Shown here: positions 38,912-51,415 of the stretch, in pieces | How positions within the stretch are numbered: the first letter of the stretch is position 1 | Layout of the letters: every line of letters begins with the position of its first letter | Source of the DNA: an uncultured candidate division Zixibacteria bacterium | GTDB taxonomy: Bacteria > Zixibacteria > MSB-5A5 > GN15 > PGXB01 | DNA length: 64,000 nt | Reading direction: 5' to 3' | Assembly (NCBI GenBank): GCA_963702205.1 | Contig: OY969724.1 | Location: 3,520,001-3,584,000 of the forward strand | Translations under genes and position numbers: made by a program | The notes under the pieces: generated by a model | Told to the model about the DNA's origin: nothing | Databases searched by the model: none | Seen by the model: only the letters and a program-made list of their open reading frames with translations

Positions 38912-40282
38912 TCAGATCTCATTGGTTTCTATTTCGTACTTTTTGATTTTGTCAAAAAGCGTTGTATAGTCGATCTTCAAAGCTTCCGACGCTTTCCGTT
39001 TGTTACCGCGAACCTGCTGCAAAACCCGGATTATAGCCGCACGTTCGGCTTTCTTCTGGGCGTACGCCCCAATTTCCTTCAACCCCGCTCCTTCGCGAAG
39101 CCTGATTTCTCCGGGCGTGGTCAGACGTATCGCCAGGTGATCCGGCGTGACTTTCTTGCTTTCCGCCAGGATAATGGCCCTCTCGATCGTATTTTCCAGC
39201 TCCCGGACGTTGCCCGGCCAGTGGTACTTTTCCATCAGGGCGGCGGCCTCCCGCGACAGATTCTTCAACGGCTTCTTCATTTCACGGCAATACTTCTGCA
39301 TGAAATAATCGGCCAGCGGTTTGACATCATCGCGGCGCTCGCGCAGCGGCGGGATCGTTATCGGGAAAACCGACAGACGATAATACAAATCTTCGCGGAA
39401 CTGTTTTTTGCGGATCATCTCCTGAAGGTCCATATTAGTGGCGGCGATCACCCGCACATTAACCGAGACCGCCTTGGTCCCGCCGAGACGTTCGAAACTT
39501 TTCTGCTGCAACACACGGAGCAGCTTGGCCTGAAGCGATATATCCATGTCCCCGATTTCATCGAGGAAGATTGTCCCGCCCTCGGCGATTTCGAATTTAC
39601 CCATCTTGCGGGAGACGGAACTGGTATAGGCGCCCTTCTCCGAGCCGAACAGCTCGTTTTCGAGCAGGTCGCGCGGGATGGCGGCGCAGTTGATGGCGAC
39701 GTACGGTTTATCCCGGCGCGGGGATAAATTGTGTATGGCCCTCGCGAACAGTTCTTTTCCCGTTCCCGATTCGCCCTGAAGCAGAACCGAGGTGTCGCTG
39801 TTGGCTACTTTCTGAATCAGCCGCGAAACTTCCTGCATCTTTTCGTTCTGCCCGATAATTTCGCTGAACCCGAGGTTGTGGGCCAGTTCTTCACGCAGGA
39901 GGCTGTTCTCGGCGATCAGGCGGCGATTTTCAAGAGCACGCTCAATAAGGACGTTCAGATGATCGGGATCGAACGGCTTGGTAATAAAATCACAGGCCCC
40001 GCCTTTCATGGCCGAGACGGCCGCTTCGACCGTACCATAGGCGGTCATAATTATTACGGCCATGTCCTGATCGATTTCTTTGAGCGAATTAAGAACCGTC
40101 AACCCGTCCATTTCCGGCATTCTGAGATCGGTCAGGACCAGGTCATAATTCTTGGCGCGGGCCAGATCGACGGCCTTTTTCCCATTCTCGACCGCGTCGA
40201 CCGCATAACCCTCCTCGCCAAGCGTCTGGGACAACATAGTCCTTACCGTGTCTTTATCATCTATGACAAGTATGTTGGGCAT
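38912..40282 (-). CDS. NtrC/AtoC-family sigma-54 response regulator
   Basis: Receiver domain, GESGTGKE, FLDEI, WPGNVREL, HTH. Confidence 0.93.
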   Translation of the reverse strand: MPNILVIDDKDTVRTMLSQTLGEEGYAVDAVENGKKAVDLARAKNYDLVLTDLRMPEMDGLTVLNSLKEIDQDMAVIIMTAYGTVEAAVSAMKGGACDFITKPFDPDHLNVLIERALENRRLIAENSLLREELAHNLGFSEIIGQNEKMQEVSRLIQKVANSDTSVLLQGESGTGKELFARAIHNLSPRRDKPYVAINCAAIPRDLLENELFGSEKGAYTSSVSRKMGKFEIAEGGTIFLDEIGDMDISLQAKLLRVLQQKSFERLGGTKAVSVNVRVIAATNMDLQEMIRKKQFREDLYYRLSVFPITIPPLRERRDDVKPLADYFMQKYCREMKKPLKNLSREAAALMEKYHWPGNVRELENTIERAIILAESKKVTPDHLAIRLTTPGEIRLREGAGLKEIGAYAQKKAERAAIIRVLQQVRGNKRKASEALKIDYTTLFDKIKKYEIETNEI

Positions 40283-40440
40283 CGCAACTCCCTGAAGTAG
40301 TAAAAGCTCATAAGTCCGTTTATTTAATTATGGCTGTGCTCCCTTATTTTATCGGCTTTTGCCGATATCGGTACAGATCAAAAATTGCACATTTTCGGAT
40401 GGTCGTACAAACCTATCGGGAGAGAGATGATAGACCGATT

Positions 40441-40600
40441 TATAGGGCCTGTTAAAAAACTAGTAGGTCGGCTTCCGAATCCTGACGAAGTCAGGAGAGA
40501 AAGCCGACATCATGTTGTCGGGTTTCTCGTTACGTTTCGCTCCCCTCCGAACTCGACCTGCTTCTTGCACTATCCGTGCACTTTTTCAACGGGTCCTATA
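40441..40600. mobile_element. MITE-like element carrying a REP-like hairpin
   Basis: Imperfect terminal inverted repeats TATAGGGCCTGTTAAAAAA / CTTTTTCAACGGGTCCTATA; internal GTCGGCTT..TCCTGACGAAGTCAGGA..AAGCCGAC. Confidence 0.55.
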
Positions 40601-40611
40601 ATGGAAGGAAT

Positions 40612-41079
40612 CTACTTTAGAACGCCGAAATCGCCGGACCGGTAGTTCAGCCGCCTGGTGCTGATTTTACCGCAAATATCGAACTGGTAATAATACACGC
40701 TTTCAGGCAGGCGGGTCTCGTGCTTATCAAGCGTGTTCCAGGTGATCTCATGCAGGCCGTGAGTGAAAACACCGTCTATAACATGGCGCACCGGTGCCTT
40801 CGGCGTCAGGTATAGGTCTATGGATACATGGCAGGAATCGGCGTCGACAACGCTGAATTCAACCTTGAGATTTTCAGGGGGACGCTTATAGATGATCTGG
40901 CCGGTGATGTCATTGACGCTGTCGAGGTCTATCGTCCGGGGCGGAGGGCCGGTATACACGACAAAATCGCCGTCATCAATGGCATTTCCACTTTCCGGGG
41001 CGGTTTCGGTCTTGTGCCCGCAAGCAACCAGAAGCCCGGCCAACAACACGACAATCAGGATTTGGGACAAATGCTTCAT
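40612..41079 (-). CDS. Lipoprotein with FlgD-Ig-like domain
   Basis: Lipobox LVAC; G.HEITW...D....LP..VYYY. Confidence 0.6.
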   Translation of the reverse strand: MKHLSQILIVVLLAGLLVACGHKTETAPESGNAIDDGDFVVYTGPPPRTIDLDSVNDITGQIIYKRPPENLKVEFSVVDADSCHVSIDLYLTPKAPVRHVIDGVFTHGLHEITWNTLDKHETRLPESVYYYQFDICGKISTRRLNYRSGDFGVLK

Positions 41080-41163
41080 TAAAACTTTTATACCACAAAA
41101 TCCCGAAAAAGCAATAAAAAAGGCGGATGTGCCTGAATATGACTCGGAATCAATTATCCAATT

Positions 41164-42099
41164 TTACGGCTCGTCCGGCAACACCGCCGTATCCCAGTCA
41201 AGCAGGACTTGGCTGTCGGAGCCATCGGCGTTCATTATGATAACGTCGTCATGACCGGGGTCCAATACCGGATCGCAATAGACTATTTTTGTGCCGTCCG
41301 GAGACCAACTCGGGTCGTCTCCGCCATTTACCGTTAGTGTTGTAATATTGCCGTTGGCGATATCAAGAATTCTTATCTGGGCGTCCAGACTAAAGGCGAT
41401 TTGCTGGCCATCGGGTGAAATATCGGGGTTATAATAGGTTGTGTAAGGCTTACCGGTTTCTACTATTAGAATCGGCCTTTCCGTCGAATCGACCAGATTC
41501 ATATAGGCCATTTTACCCTGATTGTTTCTAATACTAATAATATAAAACAGGCTGTCGCCGGGGCCAAAATCGATAAGTCCTCCATACCGTATAAACGGGC
41601 GGATATCACTGCCATCCTTACTCATAATCCAAGCTCCGGAATTGTCCCCGCTTGAGTGTTGGAAGGCAATTAAAGTATCCGAATCCGACCAGGTGCAGGT
41701 ATAGTTTTCGCCGTTAAAAGTCAGCCGCGTCAGGCTGTCCCCGTTGATTTTAATCTTGTAAATATCGGTTCCGACGTTGAAAGCCAGCCACTGTCCGTCC
41801 GGCGACCAGCACAGATCAATCACGTACGGCAATCCGTCTATGCCCGGAAATTGCTTAAATTCTGACCCGTCGGGACGAATCAAATACACCCCGCGCGGAA
41901 TCCGACCCAAAGCGGGGAAGCGGGAAACGGCTATCCACTCTCCGGTCGGTGACCAGGCCGCCATTGCTCCCGACGGCGGGATGATAATCTTTGAATCATC
42001 GTAATCCACGGACTTTTTCCCACAGCCCCAAATGGTGTAAAGCATCATTGCCAACGCAACAGCACATAAGATCAATCTATTGCAATTCGTCTTTGTCAA
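41164..42099 (-). CDS. TolB-like PD40-repeat lipoprotein
   Basis: IWGC lipobox; repeated WSPDG/SPDG motifs; TTG start. Confidence 0.8.
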   Translation of the reverse strand: MTKTNCNRLILCAVALAMMLYTIWGCGKKSVDYDDSKIIIPPSGAMAAWSPTGEWIAVSRFPALGRIPRGVYLIRPDGSEFKQFPGIDGLPYVIDLCWSPDGQWLAFNVGTDIYKIKINGDSLTRLTFNGENYTCTWSDSDTLIAFQHSSGDNSGAWIMSKDGSDIRPFIRYGGLIDFGPGDSLFYIISIRNNQGKMAYMNLVDSTERPILIVETGKPYTTYYNPDISPDGQQIAFSLDAQIRILDIANGNITTLTVNGGDDPSWSPDGTKIVYCDPVLDPGHDDVIIMNADGSDSQVLLDWDTAVLPDEP

Positions 42100-42294
42100 T
42101 TATTCCTCTCAGATATCTGGTTCCAATAAATCGCAAAATTATGTTAGGTCAATTATCATTCATAGTCCCACTGTTTTTAAATTTCACGCCGGACAACTCC
42201 CCCTAAACAGGGGCTTGTTAAAAAAGTGGTGCATATATGTTCCGTCAGGTTCTGATCCCGACGAAGTCGGGATTGACACCTTGTATCTTTGCGT

Positions 42295-43437
<1,143 letters not shown>

Positions 43438-43486
43438 CAAATTAGACAGTCGCTGACGGCCTCTTAAGTTTCAATTACTTACAAGA

Positions 43487-43532
43487 CGGTCAGGTCTCAC
43501 GTCCCGATAAATCGGGACGCAGGACCTGACCG
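43487..43532. repeat. REP-like palindrome
   Basis: CGGTCAGGTC..CGTCCCGATAAATCGGGACG..GACCTGACCG. Confidence 0.7.
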
Positions 43533-43650
43533 AACGAGTTAGATTTCACGCCAAACGATTCCCCCTAAACAGATCCGGGCTGAAAGTATTGATTTATATC
43601 TATAACGAAATTACCGAATGTGGCGTTTAAAGTCAACCTATTAATTTTAC

Positions 43651-44289
43651 TCACGGACGGCAGTTGCGGCAGGGAGAATAGCCCGCGCGGAAAGCCTGCT
43701 CGCGCGAATCGAACGGTATCAGTTCGCTCCAGTCGGCATCCTTGACCGCCCCGCAGATCGGCCGGTGAAACCGGAGACTTCCCTTTTTGGCCAGATAGAC
43801 TTTTTCCGGTTCATGAGCTATCGACCAGACACCGCGTCCGGCTTCCATTGCCTCGTTCTGGGCATCCAGCAGAATATTAATCCTGGCCGAATCGGCGATA
43901 TTGTCGTCGAACAGGTATATATGACCCAAACCCTGTCTTAGAATTGCCTCATTGATAAAAATCGAATCGAGATAAATATACGCCAGAATCCGGCCGTACC
44001 CATCGCGGCGGCGATTCGAATATTCAACCCCGGTAATTTGACCGTCAATCAAAGACGCCAGAAAAGCCGTCGCCGAATCATAAAACGGTTCGCCTTTCTC
44101 CGGACAATCGATTGCCAGCAGACGGACTTTGTCGCCGCCGGTCAGTTCGATTGTATCACCATCAACGACTTTGGTCACCGTAAAGCGGTCCTCGTGCGAT
44201 ACATCGTGATCGATTTTTTCGACAAATCGAAAGACGATCAGCAGAGCGATAAAGACCGGGATCAAAATGCTTTTTTTCGGGATTTTCAT
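43651..44289 (-). CDS. Thermonuclease (SNase) with C-terminal Ada-type metal-binding domain
   Basis: VVDGDT, VRLLAIDCPE, D.YGR.LAY; FHRP.C..GY.PC..C.P. Confidence 0.9.
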   Translation of the reverse strand: MKIPKKSILIPVFIALLIVFRFVEKIDHDVSHEDRFTVTKVVDGDTIELTGGDKVRLLAIDCPEKGEPFYDSATAFLASLIDGQITGVEYSNRRRDGYGRILAYIYLDSIFINEAILRQGLGHIYLFDDNIADSARINILLDAQNEAMEAGRGVWSIAHEPEKVYLAKKGSLRFHRPICGAVKDADWSELIPFDSREQAFRAGYSPCRNCRP

Positions 44290-45102
44290 AGCCTTCTCTT
44301 ATAAATAAGATATTCTATGTTCTATTTCTGAGCAACCATTTCCTTTATTGACACCGGTTATATTTCGTAAACTATTAATTATTAAGCGGTTACGCAAGAA
44401 TTCAGTCTAATCTATGATAGTCGGAGCGGAAAATATTTCCCATTTTTTTCTTGACAAAAATCATTTAAAAACTATTTTGGGATTGAGCGTGTGTAATAAG
44501 TTGTCGCTGCTTGAGAGCCACAAAAAGCGGTTGCGACTTTTGCCCCAAAATTATTTACCTCTTTTGCACGGTTCGAATTGTTAAAGGTATAAAATCCCGT
44601 CCTCCGGGGTTTCCTTTAATTCGCACAAGTAATTTATATCTTTTATAACCGGTCGTTATAGGACATAAGGTCTTTGCGAGTTGAAGTTTCCGGCAGCAAT
44701 CGAATTTAGTCACCTCATTTCTGGATATGTCAATGTTTAACGTAACTCATAAGCAAGTGCTTTTAGGAGGTGAAAACTTAATAGATATCAGAAGGCTATT
44801 TAATTGGAGTTTACAGAAGTTTTATCAACACAACATTTCGGGGTTAAATCCCTACAATCCAGTTTTCGGATTTGACTCCTTACTCCATAGGAATGATTTT
44901 GAAACTATTGACCAAGATTAATTCTCACAAATCCCTGGACACGGGTGAGCTATGAAGAAACGCCGCATAACCTTAATTGATGTCTCCGGTGGGCAAAGAT
45001 TTCACGATTTTTGCCGACATGAAAGGTATCAGCTTGGTTTGGCCTTTTTTCAGATTTTGGTTAATATGTGGAGCAGTATTCCTAATTTTAAGGAGGAAAT
45101 AA

Positions 45103-48100
45103 ATGTTGCTTAACAAAAAGCTGACAATTGCGGTACTTACACTGGGGTTGTTGCTGACCCTTGCAAGTGCGGCATTTACTTCCGAAACAACCAAGGTCAA
45201 GACTGACGATTATCCGATGAGATATCAGACGATCAATACGGATAATCCGAGGTACCAGCTTTTGAGCCTCAAGATCGCCAATAAGCCGGTCCACTCGTTT
45301 AGTCGCCCGGATCTCAGCCTGAATGCGATTACTCCCGCGACGGTACTCCCTCCGGACTACCAGTGCGACCTGCTTCAGTACCATAATGAGGATTGGTACG
45401 TATACGTGCCGATGCCTTATCCGGCCTATAGCCTCGGATCTATACTGATGCGTATGACTCCCGAAGCAGGTTACACCTGCACGCTTCATACGGTCAGTGT
45501 GATCATTTACGGCTATTACCTGGTAGGCTCTCCGGACATGTATGTTTTGCTGTATGACGATGCCTTGACTCCGCTCGATTCGGTTGTGGTTCCCTTCTCT
45601 GAAATCCAGACGGCCGGCGATCATTTTGTAAATGATGATGGCGACCCCTATGTCTATGCCGATTTCAGCTCGATGGGATACGCTTTCACCGATGGTGAGG
45701 AGTTCTATGTCGGAATTCGTTGCAAGCAGAACGCTCCTGGCGATACCCTCTCTACTCTGGCTGGCGACGTCGGTTCCGGCGGCGGCCGCCACGTATGGTG
45801 GGGCGATGCGGGTTCCGGTTTTGGCTGGTATCAGTTCGGCAGTGACCGGGCCTACGGTTTCGGATCTGATGTCTGCTGCGACCGCATTCCATACACGAGT
45901 TGTTACACTCAAGAATACGATTGCGCGACCCCCAATGTCTACTGGTGGGAACAACCGAACGCCTATAATGAGGATTACTACAGCGAGCGCTTTACGGCTG
46001 GCGGTCAGGATACTCTGACGGGCTTCGGAATTGGTCTCTTCAGTTATGCGGGTTATTTTGAACCGGTTGGAACTCCCGACCTCGACGTTTTCGTCTGGGG
46101 TGATGACGGTGGTTTCCCGGATACGACCGATGTTCTCTTCACCACGACCATCCCGTTTGCCAGCCTTCAGTATTGGCCGGCTACGAGTGGTTTCAATGAT
46201 GTCACCATTCCCGGTGGCCTTATTGTTCATGGTGATTTCCACATCGGTTGGTCGACGAATGACGTTACCGGCGGCGTGCTGGCGGCGTTATCGGACGACG
46301 GCACCCTGTGCGGCGTTGGCCGCAGCAACGTCCTCTGGACTCCGACAGGAGATCCGCTGGACGGCTATGCCTGGGGCTCGATGCTCGCATCCTGGGGCGC
46401 CGACGTCAATTTCTGGATTTATGCCGACATCTGTAAAGATGAATTCTCGGAATGCCAGATTCTTTCCTATTATGGCGGAGCTGCCGTAGGCTGGGAAGCA
46501 CCGGATGAATATGGCGACAACAATTACTCAGTCCGGTTCACGCCGGTGGCTGAAGGCTGTCGTCTTGAGACCTTCTACTATGCTCTCTGGAATCCGGCAG
46601 GCACTCCGTACTATACGCACGATGCCCAGTTGCAGGTTTACGATAACACCGGTGCCGGTGGTCTACCCGGAACCCTGCTGGGAACCGTGGATCTGACCTC
46701 TCCCGGGGATTATTATATTCCTCTTGGATATTACGCTTTTAACAATCGTAGTTTCCACGATCAGAATATCCGCTTCGACGGCGATATCTGGGCCGGCATC
46801 GAATCATATTCGCCGACCAACACTGAAGGTCTGATTCTTCTGTCCGATGACTGGGATTCCAACCCGCTTATGCGTTCCGCTGAAACCTACGGCGGATCGT
46901 GGGAATATATTCCCGACGGTTGGGGCCAGGACGTCAACTTCTTAATGGCAGCTGATGTCTGCTGCGTCCCGGTTCCGGAAAGAATCTGTACCCCCGGCGA
47001 AGATTGGCCGGTCAAAGCCCATGACGACTTCCGTTCCAATGCTTCTTTCAACAGCATGGGTGATGCTCAGTGCAATCTTACCAAAGCCTGGGAGTACGAT
47101 GCTACTCAGACCATGGTTTATGGTTCTCCCGTCATCTGGCAGGATACCGTCGTAGCTATCTTCGGTGACAGGATAATCACGTTTGATGTCAATACTGGAG
47201 CTCCGATGGACTCCGTGGTCGCGGGTGATTTCGGCGGCTTTGTACTGTCTTCGGGTATGTTCTCGACCCCGTCGGTCGTCAACTTCGCCGGTTACGGCAT
47301 GGATCAGACTATGATCATTGTTGCCGGCGCCGGTGCCCGTGCTTTCTCGGCCTTCGATCTTAACACTCTCGATACGGTTTGGTCCCGCAAATACGACGTC
47401 CACGGAACGAACACCTTCACTTATGGCGCTCATTCCATCGTCGACGTCGGCGGTGTTCCGGAATTGATTTACTTCTCCGATGATGGTGACATGTATGCCT
47501 GTAACGCCATGACCGGCGCCAGTATCTGGGGCCCGATTCCGGTCGGCGGCAATGTTACCTTCACCGCAGTTTCCAATGGCCAATATATGTTCGTTGGCTT
47601 TGATCAAAACGTCACCAATGGTGACGTCAAAGCGTTTGACCCGTCCGATGGCTCGCTGGTCTGGTCGCTTTCCACTGTTAACGGTGGTCTCCTGGGTGGA
47701 ACGGTTGTTCCGGCCAAGGACTATCCGGGAACAGAAGGCTTTCTGGCCGGCATGAGCTATGATCCGGATCCCAATCTTGCTTTCGAAGGCACGCTGTATG
47801 TCGTTTCGTCCTATGACCCGGCTGATAACTCCAACCCGGTTCAGGACGGTGGTGTCATGTACAGTATCAACGCCTCCGACGGTGTTGTAAATTGGGTCCA
47901 GTTGTCCAACGGTGGTTTGGGTTCGGCCTTCGCGACTCCGGCTATCGACGCCAGCCGTGTGATTTTCCAGGGCTGGTGCCCGTGGACGACTTCCGGTCAG
48001 AGACGTGGTCCTATCGCTTATTATAAGACAAATGGTGTTATTTCCTGGGATAACACGTTGACGAATCCTGGTTCATACAGTGCCGCCAACGGTGGATTTG

Positions 48101-50196
48101 CCCATAACTGGTTAATGGACGGTATGCTCTCCTGCGAGCCGGGCGCGCCTGACTTCTATATGGCCGCCATGAGAGAAGACTATTTGAATGTCTTCAATGC
48201 CGACGATGGAACCCAGTTGTGGCATCGCCGCTTCGCCCTCCAGCAGAACCGCGGTCATCGGACCGCTCCGGCTATGGACGACGGCCACGTGCTGTATACC
48301 TGGGGTTGGAAACTGTTCTGTCTGACTAATCAGACCGATCGTCAACGCCTGAGTATCCTTAATTACAAAGTCGATGTGCCGGTCGAATTCGGCGGCGGCC
48401 CGAGCGAATTGGTCACGTTCCCGGATATCTTCGAGAACGCTGGCTGCGCTCCGCTGACCATTTTCGGCGTCTACATTGACAACGTCACTAATAACACGGT
48501 TCCTCCGGTCGCGTCCTTCACCACTGGTGAAGACAAGGTCGGACACTCCGAGCAGTACCTGGCCAAGATGACCGACAAGGCCGATGAACTGGTGAGAAAC
48601 GTGGCTGCTCTCGGTGCCAATGTGGCCATCGAGAATATGCGCTCATCGAGCAGCAGAGCTACGTATGCTCCGCCGGCTTACATTAACGGTCTTGTGTCAC
48701 CGACGCCCGGTACCATCGTTAATGCAGGTGACCCGCCGGTTGATATCGTGCTGGATGTGAACGCCTCAATCGTAACTCGTGGCGCTCATACATTCTATGC
48801 CTTTATCGATTCGGATGATCCCGATTACTTCCTCGACAGTGCCTATCAGGATGACAATGCTAACTACCTGATTCCCGCTGTCCAGTTTACAATAGTCGGT
48901 GGTTGTCTGTATGCCGATGAAGAACTCGATTTCGGTAATACCAGCGATCTGAACTTCGCTATTGTCTTCAATTCCGGCAAGCTGGCTGACGGTGACTTCG
49001 ACTGCTTTAACGTCGACGGTCAAGGCGGTCAGTTCTGGCAGGCCGGTCTTATGTTCGGCTCCTCCAAGTATCGGTTGGCCTTCCATTCCGACAACTGGCA
49101 AGGTGCTGACTGGGAGTGGAATACCCTCCTGGCCGATGTCAACTGCGCGACGTCAATGTGTGAAATCGGACATGAAGTCAACGTCCTTCTGGGTTACATT
49201 TCAAAAGACCTGGGTGACACTTATGAGCCTCTGTACGGCGAAGTGGCAACCTTTGGATTCGTTGACTCCGTTCAGAATTTCTTCGACACATTGCTTTCTC
49301 CGCCGCGTTGGCATTGGGAATGGCATAGCGACTATGGCGAAGATCCGCCTTATGATGATACTCTGACCATGGGATTCAAGGCTTGCGGCAAGGTAATTGG
49401 CGCTTATACTGATGATACTGTGGGTGTCCTTGACAACTTCATTATCTACAGATATGCCGTGTATTCCCGTTACGGACAGGCTGTCAATAATGTGTATGCC
49501 GGAACCTTCGATGACTATGATACCGGACCGAATAACGCCAATAACGTTACCGGCTATGACGTTGCTCACTCCGTAGCTTGGACCTACGATTGTGCCACGC
49601 CGAGTCGTGCATTTGGTCAGGTAAAAATCCCGTTTGGCGGTTGTTATGAACCCATGATTAACGCCAAATGTATGGATGCCCAGGGCGGAGGTTTCTGGAA
49701 TGATAGTGATCTCTGGTTGGATTCAGCTTACTACTGGATGTCCAACCCGTCGCTGTATCATACGGTTACCCATCAGCCCGGTATTCTGCCGTGCGTCTCC
49801 TCGTCCTCGGACCGTAATGCTTTCTTTACGATCCAGAAGGCCGACCTGGCGTCATGGACTGCCGATCCTGAATCGACCATCGTTTGTTTTGCCAACTTTG
49901 GTATGCTGACGGCAGATGCGTCGGATCCTACGACGTTCTTCCCGCTTGCCAACACGGCTAACAAATGGGCCGGTTTCGGTCGTGGTGACGTCAATGATGA
50001 CGGCGCTATCAACCTCGTCGACATTATCTATCTGGCGAACTTTGTTCTGGATCCGATCAATAATAATGGTCCGTATCCGTTTAAGTACTCCGGTGATGTC
50101 AATGCCGATGGTTCTTATACCCCAGCTGATGTGACGTACCTCATTGATTATTACTTCAATGGTGGTGCTGATCCGCTTGGTGCTTGGGAAATCTAA
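45103..50196 (+). CDS. Very large secreted protein: three N-terminal repeats, PQQ/BamB-like propeller, C-terminal dockerin-like domain
   Basis: SD AAGGAGG; signal peptide; repeats ending SDVCC/ADICK/ADVCC; A.D..DG.L.W propeller motifs; RGDVNDDG and GDVNADG. Confidence 0.8.
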   Translation: MLLNKKLTIAVLTLGLLLTLASAAFTSETTKVKTDDYPMRYQTINTDNPRYQLLSLKIANKPVHSFSRPDLSLNAITPATVLPPDYQCDLLQYHNEDWYVYVPMPYPAYSLGSILMRMTPEAGYTCTLHTVSVIIYGYYLVGSPDMYVLLYDDALTPLDSVVVPFSEIQTAGDHFVNDDGDPYVYADFSSMGYAFTDGEEFYVGIRCKQNAPGDTLSTLAGDVGSGGGRHVWWGDAGSGFGWYQFGSDRAYGFGSDVCCDRIPYTSCYTQEYDCATPNVYWWEQPNAYNEDYYSERFTAGGQDTLTGFGIGLFSYAGYFEPVGTPDLDVFVWGDDGGFPDTTDVLFTTTIPFASLQYWPATSGFNDVTIPGGLIVHGDFHIGWSTNDVTGGVLAALSDDGTLCGVGRSNVLWTPTGDPLDGYAWGSMLASWGADVNFWIYADICKDEFSECQILSYYGGAAVGWEAPDEYGDNNYSVRFTPVAEGCRLETFYYALWNPAGTPYYTHDAQLQVYDNTGAGGLPGTLLGTVDLTSPGDYYIPLGYYAFNNRSFHDQNIRFDGDIWAGIESYSPTNTEGLILLSDDWDSNPLMRSAETYGGSWEYIPDGWGQDVNFLMAADVCCVPVPERICTPGEDWPVKAHDDFRSNASFNSMGDAQCNLTKAWEYDATQTMVYGSPVIWQDTVVAIFGDRIITFDVNTGAPMDSVVAGDFGGFVLSSGMFSTPSVVNFAGYGMDQTMIIVAGAGARAFSAFDLNTLDTVWSRKYDVHGTNTFTYGAHSIVDVGGVPELIYFSDDGDMYACNAMTGASIWGPIPVGGNVTFTAVSNGQYMFVGFDQNVTNGDVKAFDPSDGSLVWSLSTVNGGLLGGTVVPAKDYPGTEGFLAGMSYDPDPNLAFEGTLYVVSSYDPADNSNPVQDGGVMYSINASDGVVNWVQLSNGGLGSAFATPAIDASRVIFQGWCPWTTSGQRRGPIAYYKTNGVISWDNTLTNPGSYSAANGGFAHNWLMDGMLSCEPGAPDFYMAAMREDYLNVFNADDGTQLWHRRFALQQNRGHRTAPAMDDGHVLYTWGWKLFCLTNQTDRQRLSILNYKVDVPVEFGGGPSELVTFPDIFENAGCAPLTIFGVYIDNVTNNTVPPVASFTTGEDKVGHSEQYLAKMTDKADELVRNVAALGANVAIENMRSSSSRATYAPPAYINGLVSPTPGTIVNAGDPPVDIVLDVNASIVTRGAHTFYAFIDSDDPDYFLDSAYQDDNANYLIPAVQFTIVGGCLYADEELDFGNTSDLNFAIVFNSGKLADGDFDCFNVDGQGGQFWQAGLMFGSSKYRLAFHSDNWQGADWEWNTLLADVNCATSMCEIGHEVNVLLGYISKDLGDTYEPLYGEVATFGFVDSVQNFFDTLLSPPRWHWEWHSDYGEDPPYDDTLTMGFKACGKVIGAYTDDTVGVLDNFIIYRYAVYSRYGQAVNNVYAGTFDDYDTGPNNANNVTGYDVAHSVAWTYDCATPSRAFGQVKIPFGGCYEPMINAKCMDAQGGGFWNDSDLWLDSAYYWMSNPSLYHTVTHQPGILPCVSSSSDRNAFFTIQKADLASWTADPESTIVCFANFGMLTADASDPTTFFPLANTANKWAGFGRGDVNDDGAINLVDIIYLANFVLDPINNNGPYPFKYSGDVNADGSYTPADVTYLIDYYFNGGADPLGAWEI

Positions 50197-50225
50197 TCAG
50201 CCTTTTGCTGATAGATCGTTTTTTC

Positions 50226-50258
50226 GGAGCAGGGTCCAACGACCTTGCTCCTTTTTTT
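50226..50258 (+). terminator. Intrinsic terminator
   Basis: GGAGCAGGGTC-caac-GACCTTGCTCC followed by T7. Confidence 0.85.
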
Positions 50259-50359
50259 ATGCCCCTCCCCGAAATGTTCTTGCCACAAAAGAATGAACCG
50301 GGGTATTATGAGAGCGTTATAAGTCAGAGAATGCTAACTGGAGGTTTGCCGCCGGATAT

Positions 50360-51415
50360 ATGAAAAAACCCGACACCATATCTCAGACCATCTATTACCA
50401 CATGACCGACCTTTATGATGTCGGAGCCATATACCATCACGGCAACAGCCTGATATTCCGGGCCATTCCCAAAAAAGACCCCACCCACGCTTTCCAGGTC
50501 CTGCGAAAGCGGTTGAAATCGATCGGCTTTAAGGCTTCATCCAAAGAAGATTTGCAAGGTTACCTGATAAGTGTCGCGGAACTGCCCTGGCAGCGTCGGA
50601 TCCCGCCTTTAAACGCGATCCTGTTTTTCGTCACGCTGATTACCATGTTCTTCGCACCGATTTTCTATACGCATTTGAGCTTTTCCGATATGCTGTCGTC
50701 CGCATTCCTCCTCGATCGCCTCGAATTCACGATCGCGCTTATCGTAATATTGCTCTTCCACGAATTCGGGCATTATCTGGCCGGGAGACGTCGCGGTCTC
50801 TTAATGACCCTGCCGTATTTTATCCCCGCCCCGAATTTTGTCGGGACTTTCGGCGCAATTATCAAATCCCGTTCGCCGTTCGGCAACCGTCGCGATCTTA
50901 TCGAGGTCGGCGCGGCCGGACCGATATCGGGATTCATCATAGCGGTCTTTGTCCTGATGTACGGACTGCAAAACGCCGTCATTGTGCCGTCCGGAGGCGG
51001 CCTGACCCTTGGAGATTCACTGCTTATAAGATTTCTGGGCTGGTTGATTATCGGACCGCTGCCGGCCGGTCATGACTATATGCTGTCGTCGGCGGCGCTG
51101 GCGGGATGGGTCGGTCTTTTAATTACTATGCTAAACCTGCTGCCGCTGGGTCAGCTGGACGGCGGGCATATCATATACGGTCTGTTCGGCCGCAGTCAGT
51201 ATATTGTCAGTTTCGTTGTCCTCGCGGCCATGCTCACCCTGGGATTTTGGTGGCCGGGCTGGTGGCTGTTCGGAGCCCTGATTTTTATTTTCGGACTGAA
51301 ACACCCGCCGACGCTCGACGATTCTCAGGAATTATCGGGAGCAACGAGATTCATGGGGATCGCGGCGATTCTGATTTTTATTCTGTGCTTTGTGCCGGTG
51401 CCGTTTAAGCTGTAA
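50360..51415 (+). CDS. Site-2 protease (M50 family)
   Basis: HEFGH and NLLPLGQLDGGH. Confidence 0.92.
   Translation: MKKPDTISQTIYYHMTDLYDVGAIYHHGNSLIFRAIPKKDPTHAFQVLRKRLKSIGFKASSKEDLQGYLISVAELPWQRRIPPLNAILFFVTLITMFFAPIFYTHLSFSDMLSSAFLLDRLEFTIALIVILLFHEFGHYLAGRRRGLLMTLPYFIPAPNFVGTFGAIIKSRSPFGNRRDLIEVGAAGPISGFIIAVFVLMYGLQNAVIVPSGGGLTLGDSLLIRFLGWLIIGPLPAGHDYMLSSAALAGWVGLLITMLNLLPLGQLDGGHIIYGLFGRSQYIVSFVVLAAMLTLGFWWPGWWLFGALIFIFGLKHPPTLDDSQELSGATRFMGIAAILIFILCFVPVPFKL

Noticed and set aside
38903..39727. Long antisense ORFs (e.g. 38903-39727, 33107-34264, 13929-14948, 45088-46242, 1557-2501)
   Set aside because: Shadow frames opposite well-supported genes, with no recognisable motifs.
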